Positions 29,816 through 39,512 of a stretch of 64,000 nucleotides of DNA are shown piece by piece (the first letter of the stretch is position 1; each line of letters opens with the position of its first letter). This DNA comes from Nitrospirota bacterium (GTDB taxonomy: Bacteria > Nitrospirota > UBA9217). The notes beneath the pieces are model-generated. The model ran no database searches and was not told the origin of the DNA. It saw nothing but the letters and a program-made list of their open reading frames with translations. The stretch spans positions 96,001 to 160,000 of the forward strand of contig CAWFSF010000006.1 of the NCBI GenBank assembly GCA_963818475.1, in the 5' to 3' direction. The translations under genes and the position numbers were made by a program.

Positions 29816-29930
29816 GTATGTGATCTTTTCCTCGAGTGTATAATTGTGCAGTTTTTTCACATGAACTTTCCTCTGTTCGAAATTGCTTATCTCAAACGAC
29901 TGCAATTATTCAAAATGATAGGGGATCGCA

Positions 29931-30311
29931 ATGAAATATCATCTTCTTGACCTGCTCTGTTGTCCCTCGTGTGGAAATCAATTAATACTGAATCCATTTG
30001 AAGAAGGTACCAATGAATCGGGTAATTCAGAGCAGTCGATGACCTCGCCTCGATGCAGCAAATATTGCGGATTAAAAAACATTTCGATAGAAGGTGAAGA
30101 TGCCGGCAGGAAACAGTTCAGGTTTGATTGCATAACATGTTATAAAAAAGAAATCTTGGAAGGGATAATGTCATGCACATGTGGAAACGTGTTTCCAGTA
30201 ACCGGCTGCGTACCGCGCATGGTAAGCGGCAACTTAGAGGCTTATCCGGAGTTTGTTGAGAAAAACAAAGATAAGCTGATGGGTTTATCTTCACGAATAG
30301 GAGTTCATTAA
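29931..30311 (+). CDS. Trm112-like Cys-rich zinc-ribbon protein
   Basis: LLDLLCCPSC...EILEGIMSCTCGNVFPVTGCVPRMV with an inserted CSKYC...CITC segment. Confidence 0.7.
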   Translation: MKYHLLDLLCCPSCGNQLILNPFEEGTNESGNSEQSMTSPRCSKYCGLKNISIEGEDAGRKQFRFDCITCYKKEILEGIMSCTCGNVFPVTGCVPRMVSGNLEAYPEFVEKNKDKLMGLSSRIGVH

Positions 30312-30312
30312 C

Positions 30313-31308
30313 ATGCAAGCACCTCTGGTAAGCATCAAAATGATCACTTACAACCACGCGCCTTTCATCGCCCAGGCGATCGAGGGGGTTTTGCAGCAAA
30401 AGACGAACTTCCCTTTCGAGCTGATCATCGGGGAGGACTGTTCCACCGACGGCACACGGGAGATCGTTCTTGAATATCAAAAAAAGTATCCTGATATTAT
30501 TCGCATGGTGACGTCTGATAAAAACGTCGGAATGAAAAAAAACAGCCTGCGCACCATGAAAGCATGCCAGGGGAAGTATATCGCCTATTGTGAGGGCGAT
30601 GATTATTGGCAGCGTCCAGACAAATTGCAAAAACAGGCGGATTATCTTGACAACCACCCCGAATGCGGACTGGTGTATTCCAGTTATGACGTATACCATG
30701 TCGCATCCGGGGAAAAGATAAGCGATTTTATAAAATACCGGAAAATAAAGATGGTGGTGAATCCCAATATATCCGACATTGTTGATGGCAAAAACAACCC
30801 TCAAACCTGTACCGTTATGGCTCGACGGAATCTTTGTGAGCAGATTATTGAATCGGATGCTTACCTTCACAAAAGCGAGAATTTCCTCATGGGCGACACC
30901 CAACTATGGGCGGAAATGGCAACGAAAGCTCGACTCTATTGTATTCCAGAGTCACTGGCGACTTATAATATTACAGAAGAATCAGCAACGAGAAGCAGTG
31001 ATGTGACGAAGACGATACGGTTTTCAATTTCAAATGCTAAGCTTATGCTTTATCTTTGCTACAAATACAATCTTCCTCAACCGATGGTATATAAGTATGA
31101 AAAATATTATGAAATATGCTCCTTGAAACTAGCATTCCATACAAGAAATACGAAGTTTGTAGATGAGATGCGCAGAAAGAACAAGACATTTACGTGCGAG
31201 GAGTGGCTTCTCTATTGGGGGGCGAAGAATTCGATGATTTATTATCCTGTTCAGCTAGCAGCCGTATTCCGCAACTTATTTAGAAAGAAGCATGATCAAT
31301 GGAGTTGA
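30313..31308 (+). CDS. Glycosyltransferase family 2
   Basis: LVSIKMITYNH, GEDCSTDGT, GKYIAYCEGDDYW. Confidence 0.92.
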   Translation: MQAPLVSIKMITYNHAPFIAQAIEGVLQQKTNFPFELIIGEDCSTDGTREIVLEYQKKYPDIIRMVTSDKNVGMKKNSLRTMKACQGKYIAYCEGDDYWQRPDKLQKQADYLDNHPECGLVYSSYDVYHVASGEKISDFIKYRKIKMVVNPNISDIVDGKNNPQTCTVMARRNLCEQIIESDAYLHKSENFLMGDTQLWAEMATKARLYCIPESLATYNITEESATRSSDVTKTIRFSISNAKLMLYLCYKYNLPQPMVYKYEKYYEICSLKLAFHTRNTKFVDEMRRKNKTFTCEEWLLYWGAKNSMIYYPVQLAAVFRNLFRKKHDQWS

Positions 31309-31445
31309 AATGGTGAGTTATTTGTGACTTTCAGAGCTTAAAAGGTCCGCTCTCTCGGACCAGCATAGATATATCTTTGGTGTCTCTTGGACTTCGAGTT
31401 GAAAACCTAACATTTGACTTATTCCAATCAGGAAACTGGTAAGAA

Positions 31446-32651
31446 ATGCAGCTATCAGACCAAAAGAGCGTCAACTCGAAAAGAGCCTGCATGCTTGCTT
31501 ACTCATTTTATGAAAGTGATAATCGAGTGAGAAGATATGCGGAAACTCTTGTCCGGCGTGGATATCGGGTCGATGCTGTTTCGCTCAGAAAAAATGGCCA
31601 ACCCCGTTATGAAAATATAAATGGTGTAAGAGTTTGCAGAATACAAGGCAGAATCCGTGACGAAAAAAATAAATTTTCATATTTGTATAGACTACTGAAA
31701 TTTTTTGTCAATTCAGCTTTCTTCATATCGAAGCGGCATCTGCACCGGCGGTATGATCTCATCCATGTGCATTCCGTTCCCGATTTTGAGGTCTTCGCGA
31801 CGTTTATTGCAAAAATGACAGGTGCCAGGATCATTCTCGATATTCATGATATCGTCCCAGAGTTCTATGCCAGCAAATTTAAAGTAAGCAAGGATTCTAT
31901 TGTCTTCAAGGCATTAACAATGGTCGAAAAGACATCTATTGCGTTCTCCGATCATGTGATCATTGCTAACCATATCTGGGAGAAAACACTTACCGCTCGC
32001 TCGGTAAAAAAAGAGAAATGCATGACGATGCTGAATTATCCCGACCGGTCTATCTTTTTCAAAAGGCCGAGGACAAGAAAAGACCATAAGTTCATTGTCG
32101 TCTATCCCGGTACTATCAATTGGCACCAGGGAGTCGATGTCGCAGTCAGGGCATTTGCCCTGATAAAGGACCAAGCTCCCGAAGCGGAATTCAATATCTA
32201 CGGCGACGGGCCGATGCGGGCAGAAATCCAGAAACTTATCGTTGAACTTGGCGTGCAGGAGCGTGTTTTCTTACGGGGGGTTCTTCCGTCAGATCAGGTA
32301 GCATCGGTAATGGCTAGTGCGGATTTGGGGGTCGTCCCAAAGAGAAACGATTTTTTTGGTGGCGACGCATTCAGCACGAAGATACTTGAGTTTATGGCCC
32401 TCGGTGTCCCAGTCGTCGTTGCAGCGACCCGTATCGACCGCTATTATTTCAATGAGAGTATTGTCAGGTTCTTCGAGCCAGAAAACGAAAGAGCACTCGC
32501 TGTAGCTATCATAGACCTAGTAAGGAATAAAGAAAGCAGGGAATGCTTATCCTCGAATGCAATTGCATTTGTCGCCGATTACACTTGGGATAAGAAAGAG
32601 ATGAAATATATTTCTCTTGTTGATAATCTCATAGAGAAGGGTGCAGGCTGA
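31446..32651 (+). CDS. Glycosyltransferase family 4
   Basis: DNRVRRYAETL, IHVHSVPD, DIHDIVPE, KILEFMALGVPVV. Confidence 0.9.
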   Translation: MQLSDQKSVNSKRACMLAYSFYESDNRVRRYAETLVRRGYRVDAVSLRKNGQPRYENINGVRVCRIQGRIRDEKNKFSYLYRLLKFFVNSAFFISKRHLHRRYDLIHVHSVPDFEVFATFIAKMTGARIILDIHDIVPEFYASKFKVSKDSIVFKALTMVEKTSIAFSDHVIIANHIWEKTLTARSVKKEKCMTMLNYPDRSIFFKRPRTRKDHKFIVVYPGTINWHQGVDVAVRAFALIKDQAPEAEFNIYGDGPMRAEIQKLIVELGVQERVFLRGVLPSDQVASVMASADLGVVPKRNDFFGGDAFSTKILEFMALGVPVVVAATRIDRYYFNESIVRFFEPENERALAVAIIDLVRNKESRECLSSNAIAFVADYTWDKKEMKYISLVDNLIEKGAG

Positions 32652-32744
32652 TTACGCCTCGCTTCGAACGTTTTCTGACCCTGTATCGTACAACCCTTGC
32701 CCGTTAATCCTGCATGCAGCGTATAAAGTGAGAAAGATAGTAAA

Positions 32745-33698
32745 ATGCAAAATACTCTCCCGATGATATCTGTAATAATTGTTAGCTGGAATGCAAAGAA
32801 GTACCTTGAACAATGCCTTCAATCTATACGTAGCTGCTCAGACGCATCTGCTGCCGAAATCATAGTTGTCGATAATGCTTCCACTGACGGCTCCCCTGAA
32901 ATCGTAAGAGAAAGATTCTCAGATGTGAAGTTAATATGCAATTCGGATAATCTTGGATTTGCCAAGGCCAACAATATTGGAATTGGCCAAAGTCACGGTA
33001 AATACCTTTTTCTTATTAATTCCGATGTTGTCGTTTATCCCAATTGTTTCAGTTCCATAACTAATTACATGGAAGCTCAGCCGCAGATTGGCCTGCTTGG
33101 GCCAAGAATCACCGGCTTTGATGGTAAAGTCCAAAGATCTTGCATGGGGTACCCATCCCTTTGGAATTTATTCTGTCGGGCAATTTTATTAGCTACGCTC
33201 TTTCCACGCTTTAAGGTTTTTAATGGGTACGAACTAAGCCATTGGGCGCATGATGAAGTCAAAGAGGTTGATGTGATAAATGGCTGCTTTTGGACGGTTA
33301 GACGCGAAGCTATTGAAGAAATAGGTTTGATGGATGAGAATTTCTTTATGTATGCAGAAGACATTGACTGGTGCAAAAGATTCAATAATGCCGGTTGGAA
33401 AGTTGTCTATTATCCGCTGGTAGAAGCTCTGCACTATGGGGGCGCGAGTTCATCGAACGCACCAATCAGGTTTTATATTGAAATGCAAAATGCGAACTTA
33501 AGGTTTTGGGGCAAGCACTACGGCAGTTTCTCTCTCGGTGTCTACAGGTGCATTCTCCTTCTGCATCAGTCATTACGGACACTTGGCTATTCAATGTATT
33601 ACCTGCTTACATCAGAGAGGAAAGATGCCAACCTTTACAAAATCAAAAGAAGTATTGTCAGCATATTGGCGCTACTGAAAATCAAGGTCAGCTGGTAA
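32745..33698 (+). CDS. Glycosyltransferase family 2
   Basis: SVIIVSWN, VVDNASTDGS, NLGFAKANN, INSD, FFMYAEDIDWC. Confidence 0.92.
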   Translation: MQNTLPMISVIIVSWNAKKYLEQCLQSIRSCSDASAAEIIVVDNASTDGSPEIVRERFSDVKLICNSDNLGFAKANNIGIGQSHGKYLFLINSDVVVYPNCFSSITNYMEAQPQIGLLGPRITGFDGKVQRSCMGYPSLWNLFCRAILLATLFPRFKVFNGYELSHWAHDEVKEVDVINGCFWTVRREAIEEIGLMDENFFMYAEDIDWCKRFNNAGWKVVYYPLVEALHYGGASSSNAPIRFYIEMQNANLRFWGKHYGSFSLGVYRCILLLHQSLRTLGYSMYYLLTSERKDANLYKIKRSIVSILALLKIKVSW

Positions 33699-33722
33699 TT
33701 CTTCTGCAAGGAGTATAAAGCC

Positions 33723-34601
33723 ATGATACATAACAGCTACGTATTGATAACTCCTGCAAAAAATGAAGATGCGTACATCGAAAAGACCATTCAGTCTGTC
33801 ATATCCCAAACAATCCCGCCGCTCAAATGGATAATTGTGAGTGACGGGTCTACTGATAGAACTGATGCCATAGTTGAAAGTTATTTAGAGAACAATCCCT
33901 TTATGGTGCTTCTTAAGAAAAAGGGGGACGTGCAGAGAAATTTTGGATCTCAGGTGCGCGCATTTAACGTAGGATACGAAAAAGTGAAGGGGCTTGAATA
34001 TGATTACATCGGCAACTTGGACGCAGATGTCTCATTCCAACCGGATTACTATGAAGTTATCCTGAGAAGATTCCGGGAACGTCCGCGCCTGGGAATCGGC
34101 GGGGGATATATTTACGAAGAACAGGGCGGAAAATTCGCTTCACGGTCTGGAAATAGGACGTACTCGGTTGCGCATGCTGTACAGCTATTGAGAAGAAGCT
34201 GTTTCGAAGATATCGGCGGGTACGTACCTCTGAAGCATGGTGGTTCAGATTCGTATGCTGAGGTTATGGCAAGGATGAAGGAGTGGGAGGTGCAGGCGTT
34301 TACTGATCTCCCCGTCTACCATCATAAGCCGACATTGACTGCTGAGGGCAAACTCAAAGGTGCTTTCAGGCAGGGAAGAATGGATTACTCTCTTGGGGGC
34401 AGTCCCTTTTTTGAAATTTTTAAATGCCTTTCAAGAATTAATGTAAAACCCTATGGCTTATATTTGGCCTGCAGATTTATCGGTTTTATTTCTGGTTATT
34501 TTGAACTTGAAGAAAAGTCTGTTGCAAAGGATTTTATGAAGCATCTTCGACAGGAACAATCGCAAAAAATTGTCGATGTTCTTTTGAGGCGCTTGAGGTA
34601 G
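33723..34601 (+). CDS. Glycosyltransferase family 2
   Basis: LITPAKNE, VSDGSTDRT, GNLDADVS. Confidence 0.9.
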   Translation: MIHNSYVLITPAKNEDAYIEKTIQSVISQTIPPLKWIIVSDGSTDRTDAIVESYLENNPFMVLLKKKGDVQRNFGSQVRAFNVGYEKVKGLEYDYIGNLDADVSFQPDYYEVILRRFRERPRLGIGGGYIYEEQGGKFASRSGNRTYSVAHAVQLLRRSCFEDIGGYVPLKHGGSDSYAEVMARMKEWEVQAFTDLPVYHHKPTLTAEGKLKGAFRQGRMDYSLGGSPFFEIFKCLSRINVKPYGLYLACRFIGFISGYFELEEKSVAKDFMKHLRQEQSQKIVDVLLRRLR

Positions 34602-34788
34602 GTCTGCCCCCTCCAGCTAACTAAAAAAGAGATTTCGCTCCTGATGACCTTTAAGTGTATTCTTCTTAGTGAGACAGGCATTGAGATAGTCATAAGTTAA
34701 TCAGCATCCCTCCACAGCTCAATATCTATGATGCTAAAGGGTTGGCGAAGCTATTTTTTTGATATTTTAACCTTGTGGTGAGAGCAGA

Positions 34789-36057
34789 ATGAGCGACTTA
34801 GCTTCAGTATTTCTGGTGGTAAACGCGGTCTTATTGCTGGTGTTACCTCGGAGGTGGGCGCCTCTTCCACTCCTGATCGGCGCTTGCTATATGACCCTGG
34901 GCCAGGGAATCGAGGTAGGGCAGTTTACCTTCACCGTGATTCGCATGTTAGTGGCCATAGGAGTGGTACGGGTAATTATACGCGGCGAGCGATTTGCAGG
35001 CAAACTGAATGCTATGGACCATCTGATGGTGATATGGGCGATCTATGCGGTGTTCAACAGCGCCTTTCACAATGATCCCTCTGACACACTCGTAACCCGA
35101 CTTGGCCTCGTTTACAATGCCTGTGGCATTTATTTCCTTCTTCGTATATTCTGTCGGTCACTCGACGACGTGGTGGGACTGTGCCGCGTCACTGCAATTC
35201 TGCTGGCTCCGGTAGCCGTCGAGATGCTCTACGAAAAACTGACGGGGCACAACCTATTCTCTGTACTGGGGGGCGTCTCGGAAAATCCGGTAATCCGGGA
35301 GGGTAGAATTCGTGCTCAGGGGCCTTTTTCCCATGCTATCCTAGCGGGTTCGATAGGTGCTGCATGCATTCCTCTTATGATTGGAATATGGCATCGGCAA
35401 AGAAAAGAAGCAATAATCGGACTTTTGGCCTGCATGATAATGATTGTTGCGTCTTCATCGAGTGGGCCGATCCTGAGCGCTATGGCAGGAATAGGAGCTT
35501 TGGGAATGTGGCATTACCGCCATATGATGCGCGTGGTCAGGTGGATCGCGGTGCTGGGCTATGTTGGGTTGGATTTGTTCATGAAGGCACCAGCTTATTA
35601 TCTCATAGCGCGCATTGATTTAACTGGTGGGAGCACAGGATGGCATCGAGCCGAGTTGCTAAAATCAGCCTTTCAGCACCTCACTGAATGGTGGATTGCC
35701 GGAACGGATTACACTCGTCATTGGATGCCTACGGGTGTTGCATGGAGCGAGAAACACACGGACATTACGAATCATTACCTTCGCATGGGAGTAATGGGAG
35801 GACTGCCTTTGATGCTGCTGTTCATTGCCGTTCTGGCGATAGGTTTTTCTTTTGTTGGCCAGACACAACGGCATGAGACTGAATTGGCACCCAAGTCCCG
35901 GTTTCTGGTTTGGACGCTTGGGGCGTCTCTATTTGTGCATACCACAACATTCATGTCAGTCTCATACGTCGACCAGTCGTTTCTGTTCGTTTACCTGACA
36001 CTTGCGGCAATTAGCTCTATACAATTGGAGCGCAGTCATAAAGAGCCTCATTGTTGA
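34789..36057 (+). CDS. Wzy/O-antigen ligase-like polysaccharide polymerase
   Basis: Many TM segments, RAQGPFSHAILAG, SSSSGP, STGWHR, DITNHYL...GGL. Confidence 0.75.
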   Translation: MSDLASVFLVVNAVLLLVLPRRWAPLPLLIGACYMTLGQGIEVGQFTFTVIRMLVAIGVVRVIIRGERFAGKLNAMDHLMVIWAIYAVFNSAFHNDPSDTLVTRLGLVYNACGIYFLLRIFCRSLDDVVGLCRVTAILLAPVAVEMLYEKLTGHNLFSVLGGVSENPVIREGRIRAQGPFSHAILAGSIGAACIPLMIGIWHRQRKEAIIGLLACMIMIVASSSSGPILSAMAGIGALGMWHYRHMMRVVRWIAVLGYVGLDLFMKAPAYYLIARIDLTGGSTGWHRAELLKSAFQHLTEWWIAGTDYTRHWMPTGVAWSEKHTDITNHYLRMGVMGGLPLMLLFIAVLAIGFSFVGQTQRHETELAPKSRFLVWTLGASLFVHTTTFMSVSYVDQSFLFVYLTLAAISSIQLERSHKEPHC

Positions 36058-36112
36058 GAGTATTTCAGCGGCCTGTTGCAGTAAATGAGTGAAAAGATAT
36101 AAGTCGTAAAAA

Positions 36113-36155
36113 TGTGATTTGAAACACTTTATTTGGGTAAGTATATTATTACAAT
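36113..36155 (+). promoter_or_regulatory. CRP-like box with class II promoter geometry
   Basis: AAA-TGTGA-TTTGAA-ACACT-TT (36113-36128); TACAAT at 36150-36155 places the box centre at -41.5; an overlapping TTGAAA-17-TATATT is also present. Confidence 0.6.
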
Positions 36156-36200
36156 ATGAGCACAAGGTTGCAAGGGTTATTATATAAGGGAGGATTAACC

Positions 36201-37601
36201 ATGTGCTCAACGAGGATTATGAAGGATACTAGGGTAACAATCATTACAATTTTTATGTTACTATTAACTATTTCTACAAGTTTTGCAAGTACCTATTATG
36301 TCCGTACTGATGGCAGCGACAGCTGCAACGGAACGGCTGATGCGGCGGGTTCGTCCGGGAACTGTGCAAAAAAAACCATCCAGGCCGGAGTAGATCTCGC
36401 TTATGCCGGCGACACGGTGACCGTTCACACAGGAACCTATACCGGAAGTTCACCGATCTTTACGTCTGCCAGGAGTGGTTCGTCGGGTTCACTGATTACC
36501 GTTCAGGCGGCGAGCGGAGAGACCGTGCGCATATCCCGTGTCATCATTACGCATAATTACAATGTTGTGAAAGGATTTACGGTAACCGGTTCAGGGGGCT
36601 TAAGTAGCGCAGGCATTCACTTGGCTGGAAGCTATAACAAGGCACTAAACAATACTGTCATGGGGAATGGTACTCCCATGGGATCATTTAATGGAGATGC
36701 CACAGGTGTTCATGCAGAGGGGAGCTATAACACCGTATCACATAATACCTTCGACGGCCAGGGAAACGGGACGACCACCAGTTTTAACCGGGCAATGTAT
36801 ATTTCTGGAACCTCCAACGAGGTAACCTATAACACGATCAAAGAGGCCAATAGCATCGAGCGGGTATTTGAGGTATATGGAACGTCGAACCGGCTGGCTA
36901 ACAATGAGGTAAAAAACTGCGACTGGACAATTTCAGGTCCGCATCCTGATGTGTTCCAGATATTTGGTGGCAGTAGCTCAAATGGGATAATCGTTGAAAA
37001 TAACTATATCCATGACTTCAACGGGCAAATCGGGAATTTCACATCAACAGGAGGAACAAAGTCTTGGACATTCAGAAATAACGTATTTGCCAATGTTACA
37101 ATGCCAGCGAATATTGCAATCCCGATGAACTTCTATAACAATACGTTTTATCGGTGCAGCACATCAACAGGGGTATATAATTGGCCTATAAACGCTACAT
37201 ACACCGGTGCCTCAGTAATAGCAAAAAATAATGCTTTTATCGCCTGCGGAGCAACGGTAAACAATGGATGGTATGCCGGATATGTAACGAAAGATTACAA
37301 TTTCGTTTCCAATACGGCAACAGGCGCAACAAAGACAGGTTTTAGTGAGACTCATGGGGTGAACGGCGGCGATCCTAAACTGACTGCATATTACAATGAT
37401 TGCTCAGCGAATACTTGCAACTTCCATATCAGTGCTACCTCTGCTTTAATAGACAATGCTACCGTCGTTTCTGGATACACCACGGATATAGACGGAGCCG
37501 CTCGCCCACAAGGGGCTGCGTGGGATATTGGGGCGTACGAGTATGGCTCTGGAACTACTATTGCCGCAAGGCCTATGCCTCCAGTACTTTCGGTTTACTA
37601 A
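36201..37601 (+). CDS. Secreted right-handed parallel beta-helix protein (DUF1565/choice-of-anchor Q-like; possible polysaccharide lyase/binding protein)
   Basis: Signal peptide ending SFA; STYYVRTDGSD, KTIQAG...AGDTVTVHTGTY, Asn-rich coils, HPDVFQ, DIDGAARPQGAAWDIGAYEY; GGGAGG RBS. Confidence 0.82.
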   Translation: MCSTRIMKDTRVTIITIFMLLLTISTSFASTYYVRTDGSDSCNGTADAAGSSGNCAKKTIQAGVDLAYAGDTVTVHTGTYTGSSPIFTSARSGSSGSLITVQAASGETVRISRVIITHNYNVVKGFTVTGSGGLSSAGIHLAGSYNKALNNTVMGNGTPMGSFNGDATGVHAEGSYNTVSHNTFDGQGNGTTTSFNRAMYISGTSNEVTYNTIKEANSIERVFEVYGTSNRLANNEVKNCDWTISGPHPDVFQIFGGSSSNGIIVENNYIHDFNGQIGNFTSTGGTKSWTFRNNVFANVTMPANIAIPMNFYNNTFYRCSTSTGVYNWPINATYTGASVIAKNNAFIACGATVNNGWYAGYVTKDYNFVSNTATGATKTGFSETHGVNGGDPKLTAYYNDCSANTCNFHISATSALIDNATVVSGYTTDIDGAARPQGAAWDIGAYEYGSGTTIAARPMPPVLSVY

Positions 37602-37700
37602 GGAGTTTATTTTAAACCGATTCAGCGTTAAAGCCTTGTTACTCTAATGACCGCAAAACCTTACGCCTGACTTGTGATGAACGCTGCAGCCTGAAGGGAT

Positions 37701-37728
37701 GTAACCCCCCAGCCCTCGCTGGGGGGAT
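37701..37728. repeat. REP-like GC hairpin (possible terminator/mRNA-stability element)
   Basis: GTAA-CCCCCCAGC-CCTC-GCTGGGGGG perfect 9-bp stem downstream of the beta-helix gene. Confidence 0.55.
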
Positions 37729-38006
37729 ATGTCCATCATAGAACCACTATAGACTACCGCTTGCCCCATTTTCACTTCTTGCAACATTCAAATGAAATAA
37801 ACTTAACTAAAATGTTACAAGGGTGTCTGGCTGTTGATACTCCTCTGCTTTCAATGGACGGTACTGCACTTTTCATTGCCTCGATACGCTCTTCTCAGTG
37901 ACGCATCTCTTTTTCAATCGGTTGTTTCGTTGTTGAAGCTCAATTTGCCATCTACCTAAAGACAAGCTGCTTTGCTTACCTACCTTCAGAATCAGAGCGT
38001 GATATC

Positions 38007-39428
38007 ATGAAAATACTGGTCGCGATCGCGAACTACGGCACAAAGAACTCGAAGTATCTGGACAAGCTTTTGATCGAATATAAGTCCATGCCATATGACG
38101 TTAGCATCGTTGTACTATCCAATATACAGAAGAATCTGGGTGCTGATATTGAAGTTTTAGTAGGCCTCCCTATAAAAGATCCGTGGTCGTTGACTTTTGG
38201 GTATAAAAAGCTGTTCGCTGACCGGGTTGATGATTACGATTTGTTCATATATTCGGAAGACGATACACTTATAACTAAGCGGAATATCGATGCTTTTCTC
38301 GCGATGACAAGGATGCTCCCGGAGGAATATATTGCCGGATTCATTCGCTATGAGATTTCTGAAAAAGGAAGGACATACTACAATGACTTTCATAAACATT
38401 TCCATTGGGACCCAAATTCGGTTGTAAAGATCGGCGGGGATAGCTTCGCTTATTACACGAATGAACATTCAGCGTGTTTTATGCTGACCCACGGTCAACT
38501 GCAAAGGGTTATCAACTCGGGAGGTTTTCTTTTACCGCCGAGAAGAGGCCGTTATGCTATGCCCGAAACCGCTGCCACGGACCCCTACACGCAATGCGGG
38601 TTGAAAAAGCTCATTTGTATTTCCCGTTTAAAAGACTTTTGTGTCCATCATCTTCCTAATGTTTACATTGGGAAAATGGGGGTTGATGCCGAGGATGCAG
38701 AACGGGAGATTGATAGACTTCGAGCAATATACGGAACGAATACAGCTCGCGGGCCTCTGGTAGACACAAACACGCTGCTCGAACACGATACATGGGAAAA
38801 AAAGTATTATGAACCTTGCCGAAATGACATTTTTTCGCTGATCCCGAAAGACGTTAAAAAGGTGTTGTCAGTCGGATGTTCATGTGGCTCGACTGAATCC
38901 GAATTGGTCAAGCAGGGCATTGAAGTCGTTGGGATTCCTTTAGATTGTGTCATTCAGGTTAGTGCTGAGGCAAGAGGGGTCAAAGTGGCCCCTCCAAGTT
39001 TCGCGGCGGCCATGCATGCACTACAAGATGAGGACTTTGATTGCATACTGTTCCCTGATATTCTTCAACATTACGCTGAACCCACCTCTTTATTGAAAGA
39101 ATTTATGAAACTGCTTGGGAGGTCTGGGTCCATTATTATCAGTGTTCCGAATTTCAACCACCCCTCGACTGTGCGTAAGAGGATTCTTGGGAAAATGCTG
39201 TTTTCAAAGGTTAACAGTAAGCGCTCCTTTGAGAAACATAAAATACATTTTACGACTCGACACGTCATTGAGTCATGGTTGGAAAGATGCGGGCTGAAGG
39301 TGGTGCGCAAGCATTGCCAGGTTGAACCTCACCGTGAACGTTTGAATCGATTCACCATGGGGTTGCTGAAAGGTATCCTGTCGAGAAACGTTGTCGTTCT
39401 GTGCAAACGGACCGCATCTAATACATAG
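38007..39428 (+). CDS. GT-A-like domain fused to class I SAM methyltransferase domain
   Basis: N-terminal KILVAIANYG...YDLFIYSEDD; C-terminal VLSVGCSCGS, FDCILFPDILQH, IIISVPNF, HFTT. Confidence 0.7.
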   Translation: MKILVAIANYGTKNSKYLDKLLIEYKSMPYDVSIVVLSNIQKNLGADIEVLVGLPIKDPWSLTFGYKKLFADRVDDYDLFIYSEDDTLITKRNIDAFLAMTRMLPEEYIAGFIRYEISEKGRTYYNDFHKHFHWDPNSVVKIGGDSFAYYTNEHSACFMLTHGQLQRVINSGGFLLPPRRGRYAMPETAATDPYTQCGLKKLICISRLKDFCVHHLPNVYIGKMGVDAEDAEREIDRLRAIYGTNTARGPLVDTNTLLEHDTWEKKYYEPCRNDIFSLIPKDVKKVLSVGCSCGSTESELVKQGIEVVGIPLDCVIQVSAEARGVKVAPPSFAAAMHALQDEDFDCILFPDILQHYAEPTSLLKEFMKLLGRSGSIIISVPNFNHPSTVRKRILGKMLFSKVNSKRSFEKHKIHFTTRHVIESWLERCGLKVVRKHCQVEPHRERLNRFTMGLLKGILSRNVVVLCKRTASNT

Positions 39429-39512
39429 GTTAGTACGAATGATGTTTGCTTGCGTTATTCTGAGAATAAGGGCCGGTTATGCTAATCTTGTTTCCAGCAA
39501 ACCAGGTGGTGG

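Noticed and set aside
29845-29862. Third CRP box TGTGC...TCACA
   Set aside because: Spacer is 7 rather than 6 bp and the left half-site is imperfect.
37751-37767. ops-like AGCGGTAGTCT
   Set aside because: Lies on the minus strand, opposite to operon transcription; ops must be on the non-template strand.
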